64,000 bases of DNA from Squalus acanthias (Eukaryota): the NCBI GenBank assembly GCA_030390025.1, contig CM059432.1:66776001-66840000 (forward strand), written 5' to 3'. The notes below the pieces were generated by a model. That model made no database searches, was not told the origin of the DNA, and saw only the letters and a program-made list of their open reading frames with translations. The first letter of the stretch is position 1, and each line of letters starts with the position of its first letter. Below, piece by piece: positions 11,924 to 22,354 of the stretch. Position numbers and translations under genes: made by a program.

Positions 11924-12353
11924 CATAGAAACATAGAATCTAGGAGCAGGAGTAGGCCATTCAGCCCGTCGAGCCTGCTCCACCATTCAATACGATCATG
12001 GCTGATCATCCAAGTCCAGTACCCTGTCCCTGCTTTAATCCCCACAGTACACATATCCCACCCTACCCCCATAACCCCACATATTTAATTCCCCCTAACA
12101 TATCCCATCCTATCCCCATAACCCCACATATTTAATCCCCCCCCTAACACTAAGGGTCAATTTATCACAGCCAAATCAACCTAACCCGCACATTTTTGGA
12201 CTGTGGGAGGAAACCGGAGCACCCGGAGGAAACCCACGCAGACACGGGGAGAATGTGCAAACTCCACACAGACAGTCACCCGAGGTCAGATTCGAACCCG
12301 GGTCCCTGGCGCTGTGAGGCACCAGTGCTAACCACTATGCCACCGTGTTGCCC
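11924..12353 (-). mobile_element. HE1-like V-SINE (tRNA head, V domain, CR1-derived tail)
   Basis: Revcomp shows A box TGGCATAGTGG, B box GGTTCGAATC, V-core gtggagtttgcacattctccccgtgtctgcgtgggtttcctccgggtgctccggtttcctcccac, and a CR1-like tail. Confidence 0.9.
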
Positions 12354-13749
12354 TTATTTGGCCTTTATTGCAAGGGGGTTGGAGTATAAGAGTAAGGAAG
12401 TCTTGCTACAATTATTCAGGGCCTTGGTGAGACCTCACCTGGAATACTGTGCACAGTTTTGGTCTCCTTATCTAAGGAAGGATATACTTGCCTTGGAGGC
12501 AGTGAAATGAAGGTTCACTTGATTGATTCCTGGGATGAGAGGGCTGTCCTATGATGAGAGATTGTGTAGAATGGGCCTATACTCTCTGGAGTTTAGAAGA
12601 ATGAGAGGTGATCTCATTGAAACATACAAGATTCTGAAGGGGATTGACAGGGTAGGTGCTGAGAGGTTGTTTCCCCTGGCTGGAGTGTCTAGAACTAGGG
12701 GGCATAGTCTCAGATAAGGGGTAGGCCATTTAAGACCGAGATGAGGAGGAATTTCTTCACTCAGAGGGTTGTGAATCTTTGGAATTTTCTGCCCCAGAGG
12801 GCTGTGGATGCTGAGTCTTTGAGTATATTCAAGACTGAGATGGATAGATTTTTGGACTCTAGGGGAATCAAGGGATATGGAGATCGGGTGGGAAAGTGGA
12901 GTTGAGGTGGATGATCAGCCATGATCTTATTGAATGGCGAAACAGGCTCGAGAGGTCGTATGGCCTACTCCTGCTCCTATTTCTTATGTTCTTATCATTA
13001 CGGCTGCTTGAGTCGTTCGGCTCCTTCTCCTTGAACTGCTGCTGCTGGCTGAGATGGCTGCACAGCCAGCAATGATGAGAATGAGATTCTGCAGTATCAA
13101 TGAACCTGCCTTTAATAACTGGAAAGAGCCTGTGGCAATGATAACTTGTGATTAGACTGCACCAGATATTGGGCAGCGCTTCGAGTTTAACACCACTGAG
13201 CTGGGCCATTAGTGCTTGATTTAATGCTCCAATCTTTTCTTTGTGCAATGAGACTGAATTTTGCTTGCAGTCTGAAGCATTAGCATCTGGTGCTAATTCT
13301 CCAACTTTTCTACTGACACTGCCCATTCCATGGCTATAACGAATTTCTAGCCCACAGTGTGTTTATTGTCTTGAAGTATAATTTACTTCAAATACCTTAC
13401 TATCTGATCCATACACAAAGGCGAGATTAGGCTTATAAGCTAACCCATTAGCACTTCAAAATTATTAAATATCAAACACAAACATAAACTCTAGTTGATA
13501 ATTTTACTAATAGCCATGTGATGTGTTGAAATCTACAGCCAAATGTGTGTAAATTGAGGGTTGGGGAGTGAAGCTTAAAATACCTTGCAACCCCCTTGAG
13601 AGATTCGGAACTATAACATTTTATTGTGAATTTGTAGATAAAAAATTCCACGGAGGATCAATTTGCAGAAAAAATGTATTTTCCACGAATAGCATTAATA
13701 CAAGCAAACCTTTAGGAACCTAGGACTAAGAGTGCAAGAAGCAACATTA

Positions 13750-14504
13750 GGCCAGAAATTGCTGGGATCATAATGATGCATTAACACTGCTCACCTTTAT
13801 TAAATCATAAAACATCCAGCAATTTGCAGAGTAAAAGAGATAAATCTTGAGTTCCAATTCTCTACAAATTGCTGGACAATTTGCCATCAGCACCTCCGCC
13901 GTTAACATCTCCAAAGCCGTTAAAAGTCCTTTCTTGCCGCGGGGCTCCCCATTGAAGTTAGTGGCGATGAGCCTGCTGGATTTATGATGTTAATACAAAT
14001 TATTCCCACCTCAGCCATTTGAGGCTGATAATTAATGCCGTGATATATGGTCCTGGCATGACACTCAACCTTGCAGGCCCATAAAGGGACCAAGGAAGTT
14101 GTGGAGTCTAACTGATAGAGATTGACGGCTATGATTAGTTAACAACTCCATTATCATTGTATCATAATACTGCCAGGATGGCAGAAGGTGAACTAGATGA
14201 ACCGTGGTCCTGCAATTTCTATGTTCCTATGAAAAAAGTGCAATGATGTACCCTCTGGATGTTCTATTTTTCCTGATCATGAAGGATGGGGCCGTTGGTT
14301 CTATACTTGATGGGTTAAGAATGTTTGTACATTTTGCTCACCTATCTTGCCATTCACTCAATACCTTTTCAAGGACATTGACATCGCTGCGCTGCTATCC
14401 TATCGATGTTCCAGCAATTTGCAGCACAAATATAATGCGATGTCAAAGATGAGCTATAAAGTCCAATGAATGTTGTTTGCCCCGAGATCTAGCAATTTCT
14501 GGCC
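13750..14504. mobile_element. Harbinger-type MITE
   Basis: Perfect 14-bp TIR GGCCAGAAATTGCT. Flanks TTA/TTT. Confidence 0.8.
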
Positions 14505-14715
14505 TTTTTTCACTCACAACATCATAAAACCTGCATGAAGGTGGAGCTTGTGCAACAGATTTTATATTACCCTTATTCTACCAGATAGCTTTGTAAATGC
14601 TGTTTAATATTTTATTTTTATGTTGTGTGCTGACAAGTTCTAGTGGCAGAGAATACTTCCCACATTAACCAATTCTTCTTTCTTACACTAAAAACCACAT
14701 GAGATCACTTAATGT

Positions 14716-15232
14716 CAACAACAACAACCACAACTTGTATTATATAGCGCCTTTAACATAGTAAAACATCTCACAGGTTCACAGGTACGTTATCAAACAA
14801 AATTTGACACCGAGCCATATAAGGAGATGTTAGGGCAGATGACCAAAAGCTTGGTCAAAGAGGTAGGTTTTAAGAAGCATCTTAAAGGAGGAAAGAGAGG
14901 TAGAGAGGCAGAGAGGTTTAGGGAGGGAATGCCAGAGCTTAGGGCCTTAGCAGCTGAAGGCACGGCTGCCAATGGTGGAGCGATTAAAATCAGGGATACT
15001 CAAGAGGCCAGAATTGGAGGAGTGCAGATATCTTGGAGGGTTGTAAGGCTGAAAGAGATTACAGAGATAGGGAGGGGTGAGGCCACAGAGGGATTTGGAA
15101 ACAAGGATGAGAATTTTAAAATTGAGGGATTTCTTAACCAGGAGCCAATGTAGGTCAGCGAGCACAGGGGTGATGGGTGAATGGGACTTGGTGCGAGTTA
15201 GGATATGGTGGCAGAGTTTTGGATGACCTCAA
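14716..15232 (-). mobile_element. L2 LINE 3' fragment
   Basis: Peptide LADLHWL...FKILILV.KSL.GLTPPYL...RAFS and tail gcgctatata...(gtt)n. Confidence 0.85.
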
Positions 15233-16898
15233 TCACCTTTCAAAATTATTAATAATTGCTAAAGGGGCTCCTCTATACTTGACACAAATTCAGGAATCTT
15301 ACTCATTGAAGCCATAAGTACGCAAGGTTTTGCACCCCAGGAGCGTCCCTTACCTGCTCAGACAGTGCTTCCTGGGCATGTCAGAAGAGATAGTTGTCTT
15401 GTGGTTATGGTACTGAACTAGCAACCTAGAGATTGCGAGTTGGCAAGTTGTGAAATTAAATTCAATAAACCTGGTAACTTGTGACCTAGAACCAGTAAAA
15501 TAATCACAAAAGCTTCCGGATTGTCATAATAACCCACTGTTTCACAAACATCCTTCAGGGAAGGGGCCTGTCACCCCTATCTGATCTTGCTCCAGGTCTC
15601 ACACTATGGCCGCAATTTCGCCTACCGAGGCGGGCTCAGTGCGGCTGAGGTAGGTGACGGGTTGGGATCCCACCCCCGGCTCCATCCCGCTCTGTGAGAA
15701 GGATTTTCCATTGATTATGCTTGTTAAGCCCGCCCTGCAAGGTTCCCGGCCAATTAAAAGGAAGCGGGTCTGATGACGTCATTTGATGACACGTCATCAG
15801 CCAGTTTCCTTAAAGGGACCATGTCCACATTCATTTTGACAGTTGTGCTGTCAGTGTTCTGCAGCATTAAGGTGTTGCAAACACTGACAAGCACCGCAGA
15901 AAGGTGCACGGCTGCACCCAAACTCTCCCATGGGCACCCAGACTCTCCCACAGCACACAGGGAGGTTCTCTTCCCTTCCAATGGGCGGAAGAGACCTCCC
16001 TGGGACACCATGCAGCCTGGTTGCACATTGCACAGGAGGGCATAAGCAGGGATGTCATCAGGAGGACCAGGCTGCAATGGCGCAAACCCTTCAATGACCT
16101 CAGTAGATCACGAAACGTTACTGCAAAGCCACACTCAACCTCATCCTGCTGTGCGACTCATCACATTCCCATCACTCTGCCTTCCCTACCCTACTCCTGC
16201 ACATCCTTACTCACACCAACTTATCTTGCACCTCCACCCATCCCTCTCTATCTACATTATCACTTCCCCACCTCACTAGCCACCCCTCACACTCACCCTC
16301 ATCCTTGTCCAATCATACCAACTAACAACACACAAGGGTAGGCACTTGGGTGTTTTCGCCAATGTTCATGTAAAGTTTCTGTTGATGTGTTGCCAAACAT
16401 TGAAAACTTTATTTTCCACACTTTGCCTTCTTGGACAGATTTGTGTGCACCTTTGGAAGTGTCTTCGTGAGTTGCAGTGAATGGTGAGACAAAACGGTAC
16501 CCCCCCGCAATTTGATGAGTGTGAAAGGAATGGTTTGGGCATTGCAGGGATGTTTTATGGTGTTGGTGTGGGGTGGTGCCAACATGGTGCCTCATGTGAC
16601 AGCCAGGGTATACAGCATAAAGTGCAGTAAATCTGACCTCCTGCCTCAGCTTCACAGACGAGGTCTAGGCACAGCGGGAAACCGGTGGGCAATCTGTCAA
16701 ATCCAAAAAGCTGTGAAAAAACCATTGAGCGTCAAGTGAAGTAAATCTGGCCATGGTACGGCCATCCCTGTCCTCCCGGGCAGCAATGTTGTCGGGTGCT
16801 GATGCCCTGTGTCCTGTGCAGCATCAGGTGATTGCGGAGCAGGTTAGTGTTCTTGTTGGTGATGCTGGTGTGCCTAGTATCGTGTCAGTGTGATACTC

Positions 16899-17310
16899 GG
16901 GGCAGCGCCAGGTGGGAGCGGCAGTCGGAGCGGGGTAGCGCCAGGCGGGAGTGGCAGTCGGAGCGGGGCAGCTCCAGGCGGGAGTGGCAGTCGGAGCAGG
17001 GTAGCGCCGGGTGGGAGCGGCAGTCGGAGCGGGGCAGCGCCAGGTGGGAGCGGCAGTCGGAGCGGGGTAGCGCCAGGCGGGAGTGGCAGTCGGAGCGGGG
17101 CAGCGCCAGGCGGGAGTGGCAGTCGGAGCGGGGCAGCGCCAGGCGGGAGTGGCAGTCGGAGCGGGGCAGCGCCAGGCGGGAGCGGCAGTCGGAGCGGGGT
17201 AGCGCCGGGTGGGAGTGGCAGTCGGAGCGGGGTAGCGCCGGCTGGAGTGGCAGTCGGAGCGGGGTAGCGCTGGGTGGGAGTGGCAGTCAGAGCGGGGCAG
17301 TGCCAGGCGG
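16899..17310 (+). repeat. 33-bp GC-rich minisatellite, about 12 copies
   Basis: Unit GGGCAGCGCCAGGYGGGAGYGGCAGTCGGAGCG. The 11-aa periodicity is visible in all overlapping ORFs. Confidence 0.95.
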
Positions 17311-18270
17311 ATGGCGGCGGATGAGCGTGAGTTCTGTTCACCGGCACTGACGAGTTCTGGGCGGGCAGTGCGGGCTCTGTGCAGCCAACGGGTTCGGGCA
17401 CCTGTCCTCCTGGAGTCCTGTTAGGCAGTCGGTGGTGGTAGGGTGGGAGAGAGAGACAGAGGTTTGTTAGTGTGTGTGCATTTTAATTTAATTTAATTTT
17501 AGCGCGTGCATTTCTTAAAAAGCTGCATTTAATATAACTTTAGTGTATGTATCTCTGCAAAAAGCTGCATTTTAACATAATATAATTTTAATATAATTTT
17601 TACGTAATATAATATAATGTAAAGTGGGGAGGGGAGCTGAGAAGGTGGGGGTGTGAGGGAGAGTGGACCCGAGGGAGTGAGGGAGGGGGTTAGTGGGAGT
17701 ATGTATGTGTGTGTGTGTTTGCTAAGCCCATCCAACAGAACCTGGGGGGCGATTTTCCCAGCCCCGAGGAGGCGGGTTTGGAGGCGGGACAGTTGGCAAA
17801 ATGGCAAAAACTGAGGGCGGGTTCGGGACCCGCCTCCAACACACCTCCGCGCAATGTTGCCGGAGGCGGGTTTGATGGGTGCAATTCGGTCCCGCCTCCA
17901 TCAGTCGGGAGAGGTAGTTAAGACCCTTAAATAGTAGTTAAGGGCCTCTATAATCCTATTTTGACAGGCCTTCGTTATTTTACCACATTTTCAGCGTGTT
18001 GCACGACCCTCCTAAACCACGCCAGCTAATCCTGGCGGGTTGACCAGTGGGTGGCCTCCTCACAGCTGCAGCTCCACCATTAAAATGGAGCTTTCATCAG
18101 GGAGCAGTTGCAAGTGGCAGAACTTTTGTTCCAAAGGTCTTTCAGCACTTTTAGCAGGCCTACCGAAGTTGGAGGTGCTGCAGTTTCTATCTCTGAACTG
18201 TGGGACCTCTTTGGAAGACCCTCTCCTGCTTGGACTGAGCGCTTCTCCAACGGAGGTATCTGCCAGCAGC

Positions 18271-19510
18271 ATGGAAACCATTTATTTCCTTTCACCATGG
18301 ACCTCAGATTCAGTTGAGGAGCAGCCACGGTAGCAGCAGAACCAGGCAACTCAACAGCAACAGCAGCAGGAGCCCCCAACCTTTTGCTCACCCACCTGAT
18401 GCTGCACAGGGCAGAAGGCGCCAGCGCATGGAAGCACGTCGCCGCAGGAGATACCCCCCTCAGGGTTTACAGACAGAGGATGAGCTACCTCAACATGACT
18501 GAGTAGCAGTGCCAAAGGAGGCTGAGACTTTCGCAAGAGGTTGTCGGAGACATCTGCGCACTGCTGCACCAACACCTGGAGCCCAGAGGAGCGGGTGGAC
18601 ACCCTTACCAGTGGCAGTCAAAGTCACCACTGCACTCAACTTTTTTGCCTCAGGCTCCTTCCAGGGATCAGCAGCAGACATCAGCGGCATCTCACAGTTG
18701 GCCGCCTACAGTTGCATCACGGAGGTTAGCAATGCCCTTTTCGCAAAGGCCCACAATTACATCCACTTCTCAAGGGATCAAGCAAGTTAACTGCGCGTTT
18801 GGTTGGCTTTGCAAATATGGCAGGCTTGCCAATGGTGCAGGGCGTCATAGACTGCACACATGTGGCTCTTAGGGCGCCCCATCACAACCCAGCTATATTT
18901 GTCAACCACAAGGGCTTCCACTCCCTCAACGTACAGCTGGTGTGTAACCACAAGAAGGAGTTCTTGCATGTTTGCGCCAAGTTCTGTGGTAGTTGCCATG
19001 ACTCTTTCATCCTGCGGAACTCTCGTGTTCCTCCGCTCTTCAATCCGCCAACCAACTTAACGGATGGCTCCTTGGTGACAAGGGCTACTCCCGGAAGAAG
19101 TGGCTAATGACGCCGATCAGGAGGCCAGCTAACGAGGCTGAAGAGTGCTACAATGCCAGCCATATTTCGACCAGGTCCATCACCGAGCAAACCATTGGCT
19201 TGCTGAAGATACGATTCCGATGCCTTGACAGATCAGGTGGAGCCCTGCAGTATTCAGCAGCCAGGGTCTCCAGAATGGTCGTGGTCTGCTGTGCACTGCA
19301 CAACATGGCACCGCATCATGGTTTGCAGCTTCCTGATGAGCAAGTGGCTCAGTTCATAGCCTCCTCAGATGAGGATGAGGATGAGGAGGAGGAGGAGCAG
19401 GAGCAGGAGGAGGACCGAGCGACGGCGTATCGACCAGCAGCAGCGGCAGCACGCGAGCACATGGCTGCCCGTGATGCAAGGGATGCACTCATCCTGGCCA
19501 GATTTGCATT
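18271..19510 (+). pseudogene. HARBI1-like DDE (DDE_Tnp_4) transposase, disrupted
   Basis: Motifs [72 protein letters not shown], then an acidic tail. Stops at 18331, 18504, 18788 plus frameshifts. Confidence 0.93.
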
Positions 19511-21310
19511 GGTTGCCCATTTTGGCACATGTCCTTGGCTCCATCTTAACACATAATAGACAGTGGACATGACTCTCTGGCCTCCTTTCACTCTGGCCAC
19601 CAACATGACCACGCAAGTGTCGCGGAGCCCGCAATGTGGAGCTGCCTAAGGCGAAATAACAGATGCCATGACGCCAACAGTTTGCCATCACCTCATTTTT
19701 ATACATTCAAACAGGGATGGCATTTCGTCAATAAACAGAAACAAGCACCCAAGTGCCTACCCCTGTGACTAATGGTGTTTTATTTTTCTCTTACGCGTGC
19801 TCCTACATGGTGCTCCCCCTGTGGCTTCAGCAGAAGTGGAGGCCCTTGCTCACTTTCATGCTGCTCCTGCTTCGACACCTTTGGCGGGCGTCCTCTGGGT
19901 TTATGAGCCTGTGAGGGCTCGCCAAAGGTCTGCTCATCCTGCGGCAGTGCAGGGGCTCAGACGCCCATCTCAGTTGGGTGCGGACTCTGGTGGGGCTCTG
20001 ACCAAGGGCAGTGGCATGCAAGTGTGAGCGCTTGGAGAGGAGCCCCCACTTCCTTGTTCTCTGCCACCAACTTCCCTCTCATGGGTCAGGTCCACCTCAG
20101 CGCTTGCAAGTGGCTTGAGAGCACCTTGTTTCACATCAGGGGTCCATGGGGACCCGTATCTGCACTGGCAGCCCTACTCAAAAGGACTTCCATGAAGCTC
20201 TGGTTTCTCTGCTCAATAGCTGCCCATCACTCCTCCATTCTATTCTGAACAATCACCATGCTTTCCTGACTCTGGCGACTTATTTCCTCCATGGCCATAG
20301 CCAGCCTTTCCACGGAGGTTGCCATCCTTTCTGTGGTGCTGCGTATATGTGCCATTGCCTCCCCAACAGCACTGCTCATATTAGAGTTGGACTCCTCCAT
20401 TCTTTCCACACTCGCAGTGACCCTGGAGACAAGACCTGTCAGAGACTCCTGCACCTGCTCCTGGAGTTCCAGCACCGCTCTCCTTCTGGATGGACCCAGA
20501 GGCACGGGGTCCACATGCAGCGGAACAGAGCTCTGAGAGTCCTGCGCCCTCTGACGAGGACTCTCCATTGCTGTCGCTGTCTCCACCACCTGCTGATGCT
20601 CATCTGTGAGATGTGATACACCAGGTGACAACACTAATCTATGTCCCGAAGGTCCCACCGAGGTGTGTGTATCTGCGCTGGTGCTGGGTGCGCTTACATC
20701 TGCTGACGCTTCGTCCTCAGAGGTTGCAGGCTCCCCTGAGGAGTCTTGCTGCTCAGCCTCTTCCTTGTCGACAGTGGTGTGGGGCTTTGTGGATGGTCCT
20801 GTGGGGGAGTAAAGGCATGGGTTTGACACTTGACGGAAGTGTGGCATGCACATGTAATAGTGCAGATGCTCAAGTGGCATTCTAATAATGTACACCAGCA
20901 GCCATTTCAGTCACTCAAGCAGTGTAAATGAGAGAGAGGTAAAACTATTCTGTCACCAGCTTGCACTGCCTCGTCCGTCTGTCCGAGCCCCACTTCCACC
21001 TCCACCTCTGCGCCAGCGATGTCCTGGGCCACCTCTTCAGCCTGGGTGAGATGGTCTAGGGAAGGTGGCCCTCCTCCTGTCTTCATCCTTTCCCTTCTAT
21101 TGTGGGCTCTCTTTTCCTGCAGTGAGGGAGACAAGTGGAGTTGGAGTGAGAATGATGGAGTGAGTGTAGAGAGTCCAGAGCATAGATGCTAGAAGGAGAC
21201 AAAGATGGAGTGAGGTTCCATGTCCAAGGGCCCTCCCTGTGTGTTGTTAGTCATTGTCATTGCATAACATTGAAAGGGAGTGTGAGGGCAGCATAGTCAA
21301 ATAGTCAAGT

Positions 21311-21530
21311 GAAATAACAACAGAAAATGCTGGAAAACTCAGCAGGCCAGGCAGCATCCGTGGAGAGAGAAAGAGAGTTAACGTTTCAGGTCGATGACCT
21401 TTCGTCAGAACTGTGAAGAGCCGGAAACCAAATAGATTTAAGGCCAGAGTAAAGCTGGGAAAAGGGGGAGGGGATAAAAGAACAAAGGGGGAGATGAAGA
21501 GACATTAAGAGACATTAAGAGATATGCAAG
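21311..21530 (-). mobile_element. Penelope-like pLTR fragment in intron 1 of the Myb gene
   Basis: Revcomp ...ctgacgaaaggtcatcgacctgaaacgttaactctctttctctctccacggatgctgcctggcctgctgag..., a characteristic pLTR sequence. Confidence 0.8.
21376..21412 (-). ncRNA. Minimal type-I hammerhead ribozyme
   Basis: Revcomp AGTT-CTGACGA-A-AGGTC-atc-GACCT-GAAA-CGTT-AACT. Cores, helices I and II, and the AACGTT palindrome are intact. Confidence 0.88.
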
Positions 21531-22354
21531 GCTAGAGGTGGTGTTAATGATTGGGTTCATAGAGTGAGAGGGATGGTGAAGGGTGCAAGGGGTGTAAGGG
21601 CAAAGTGGGATATGTAGGAGGAGGTTGACAATGCAGAGTGCTGGTGATGAGAGGAGAAGGGGAGCAGAAGGAGGGTGAAGCTGAAGGTATACTCACTTTG
21701 CCTGATCTTACAAGGTCATTGAACTTTTTACGGCACTGCACCCATGTTCTGCTGCACACTGATCTGGAGGTGATGTCCCTTGCCAGCTGTACCCATACAG
21801 CCTTGGTTTCTTTGGGAGGCCTCTATCTCCCAGATGAGGGGAAGAGCACCTCCCTGCTGGCTCTCACTCCCTCAACCAACATTCTCAGCGCCTCATCTGA
21901 GAACCTCGGGGAGGCCCTTGCTTTGGAGTTGGCCATTGTTGAAGGAGATAACAGCTTGGAGGTGGTGCAGCATCGACCAAAAACCAGTGGAATGAGCCAA
22001 GGCAGCAAGCAGCCCTTAAATGAAGCTGGATAAGTGACGTCAGCAGAGGCGAGTTTCAGTCCCAAAACACTAATCGGCCCAGGGGAACCCACACCTCTGA
22101 AATCAACTGGCCAATTCGGGGAAAATGGCAAATTTTTCCCACCTCTCAGTGGAGGCGGGTTTGGAACCCACCCAAACCGAAACCCGCCTCCAACCCGCCT
22201 CCATTGGGAAAATCGCGCCCCTGGTCTCCAATTGTCCTGGGTTTCCTTGCCATTGGACCAAGACCTTGCTCTGTCAAGTTTGTGTGGTAGCTGGTGTGCA
22301 ACGGCCACCCCATGTTAAAAGAATTCACGCACAGACATCTTCCACCCCTTTAAA

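Larger units (their letters stand above)
8470..12995 (+). mobile_element. CR1 LINE (end of ORF1 esterase plus disrupted ORF2), carrying MITE and SINE insertions
   Basis: ORF1 end (LHFNRAGT), APE motifs GDFN and SDH, RT motifs QHGF, LDFQKAFDKV, PQGSVLGP, FADD, and tail ctatttcttatgttcttat. Confidence 0.95.
3588..13353. mobile_element. Harbinger deletion derivative (Myb gene retained), host to Penelope and CR1 insertions
   Basis: TIRs GGCCTAGAATTTCG and revcomp GGGCTAGAAATTCG. 4066-4121 matches the transposase-side leader at ~47505-47600. Myb gene on the minus strand. The flanks (AAT/ACA) do not match, so pairing of the two ends is inferred. Confidence 0.6.
19770..21936 (-). pseudogene. Harbinger Myb/SANT DNA-binding gene, 3 exons (21936-21697, 21116-20957, 20798-~19770)
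   Basis: MANSKARASPRFSDEALRMLVEGV...WVQCRKKFNDLVRSGK|EKRAHNRRERMKTGGGP. GT-AG introns. Stops at 21823 and 20227. Confidence 0.9.
17745..22220. mobile_element. Near full-length autonomous-type PIF/Harbinger transposon with two convergent genes
   Basis: 16-bp TIR GGG(G/C)GCGATTTTCCCA, TSD CTG (17742-44, 22221-23), transposase on plus, Myb gene on minus. Confidence 0.95.

Noticed and set aside
12275..12353. tRNA gene
   Set aside because: The A/B boxes are the head of a V-SINE that continues into the V domain and tail.
16899..17310. CRISPR-like periodicity
   Set aside because: Head-to-tail repeats without unique spacers, in a eukaryotic context with no cas genes.
17346..17400. CTGACGAG as a third hammerhead core
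   Set aside because: No helix II plus GAAA downstream.
16832..17401. Repetitive ORFs (RGSARREWQSE, GAAPGGSGSRS, PPGAAPLRLPL)
   Set aside because: By-products of a stop-free 33-bp minisatellite that is open in several frames.
18271..21936. Domesticated host genes HARBI1/NAIF1/MSANTD
   Set aside because: Both genes lie between TIRs with a TSD and carry stops or frameshifts, so they are transposon copies.
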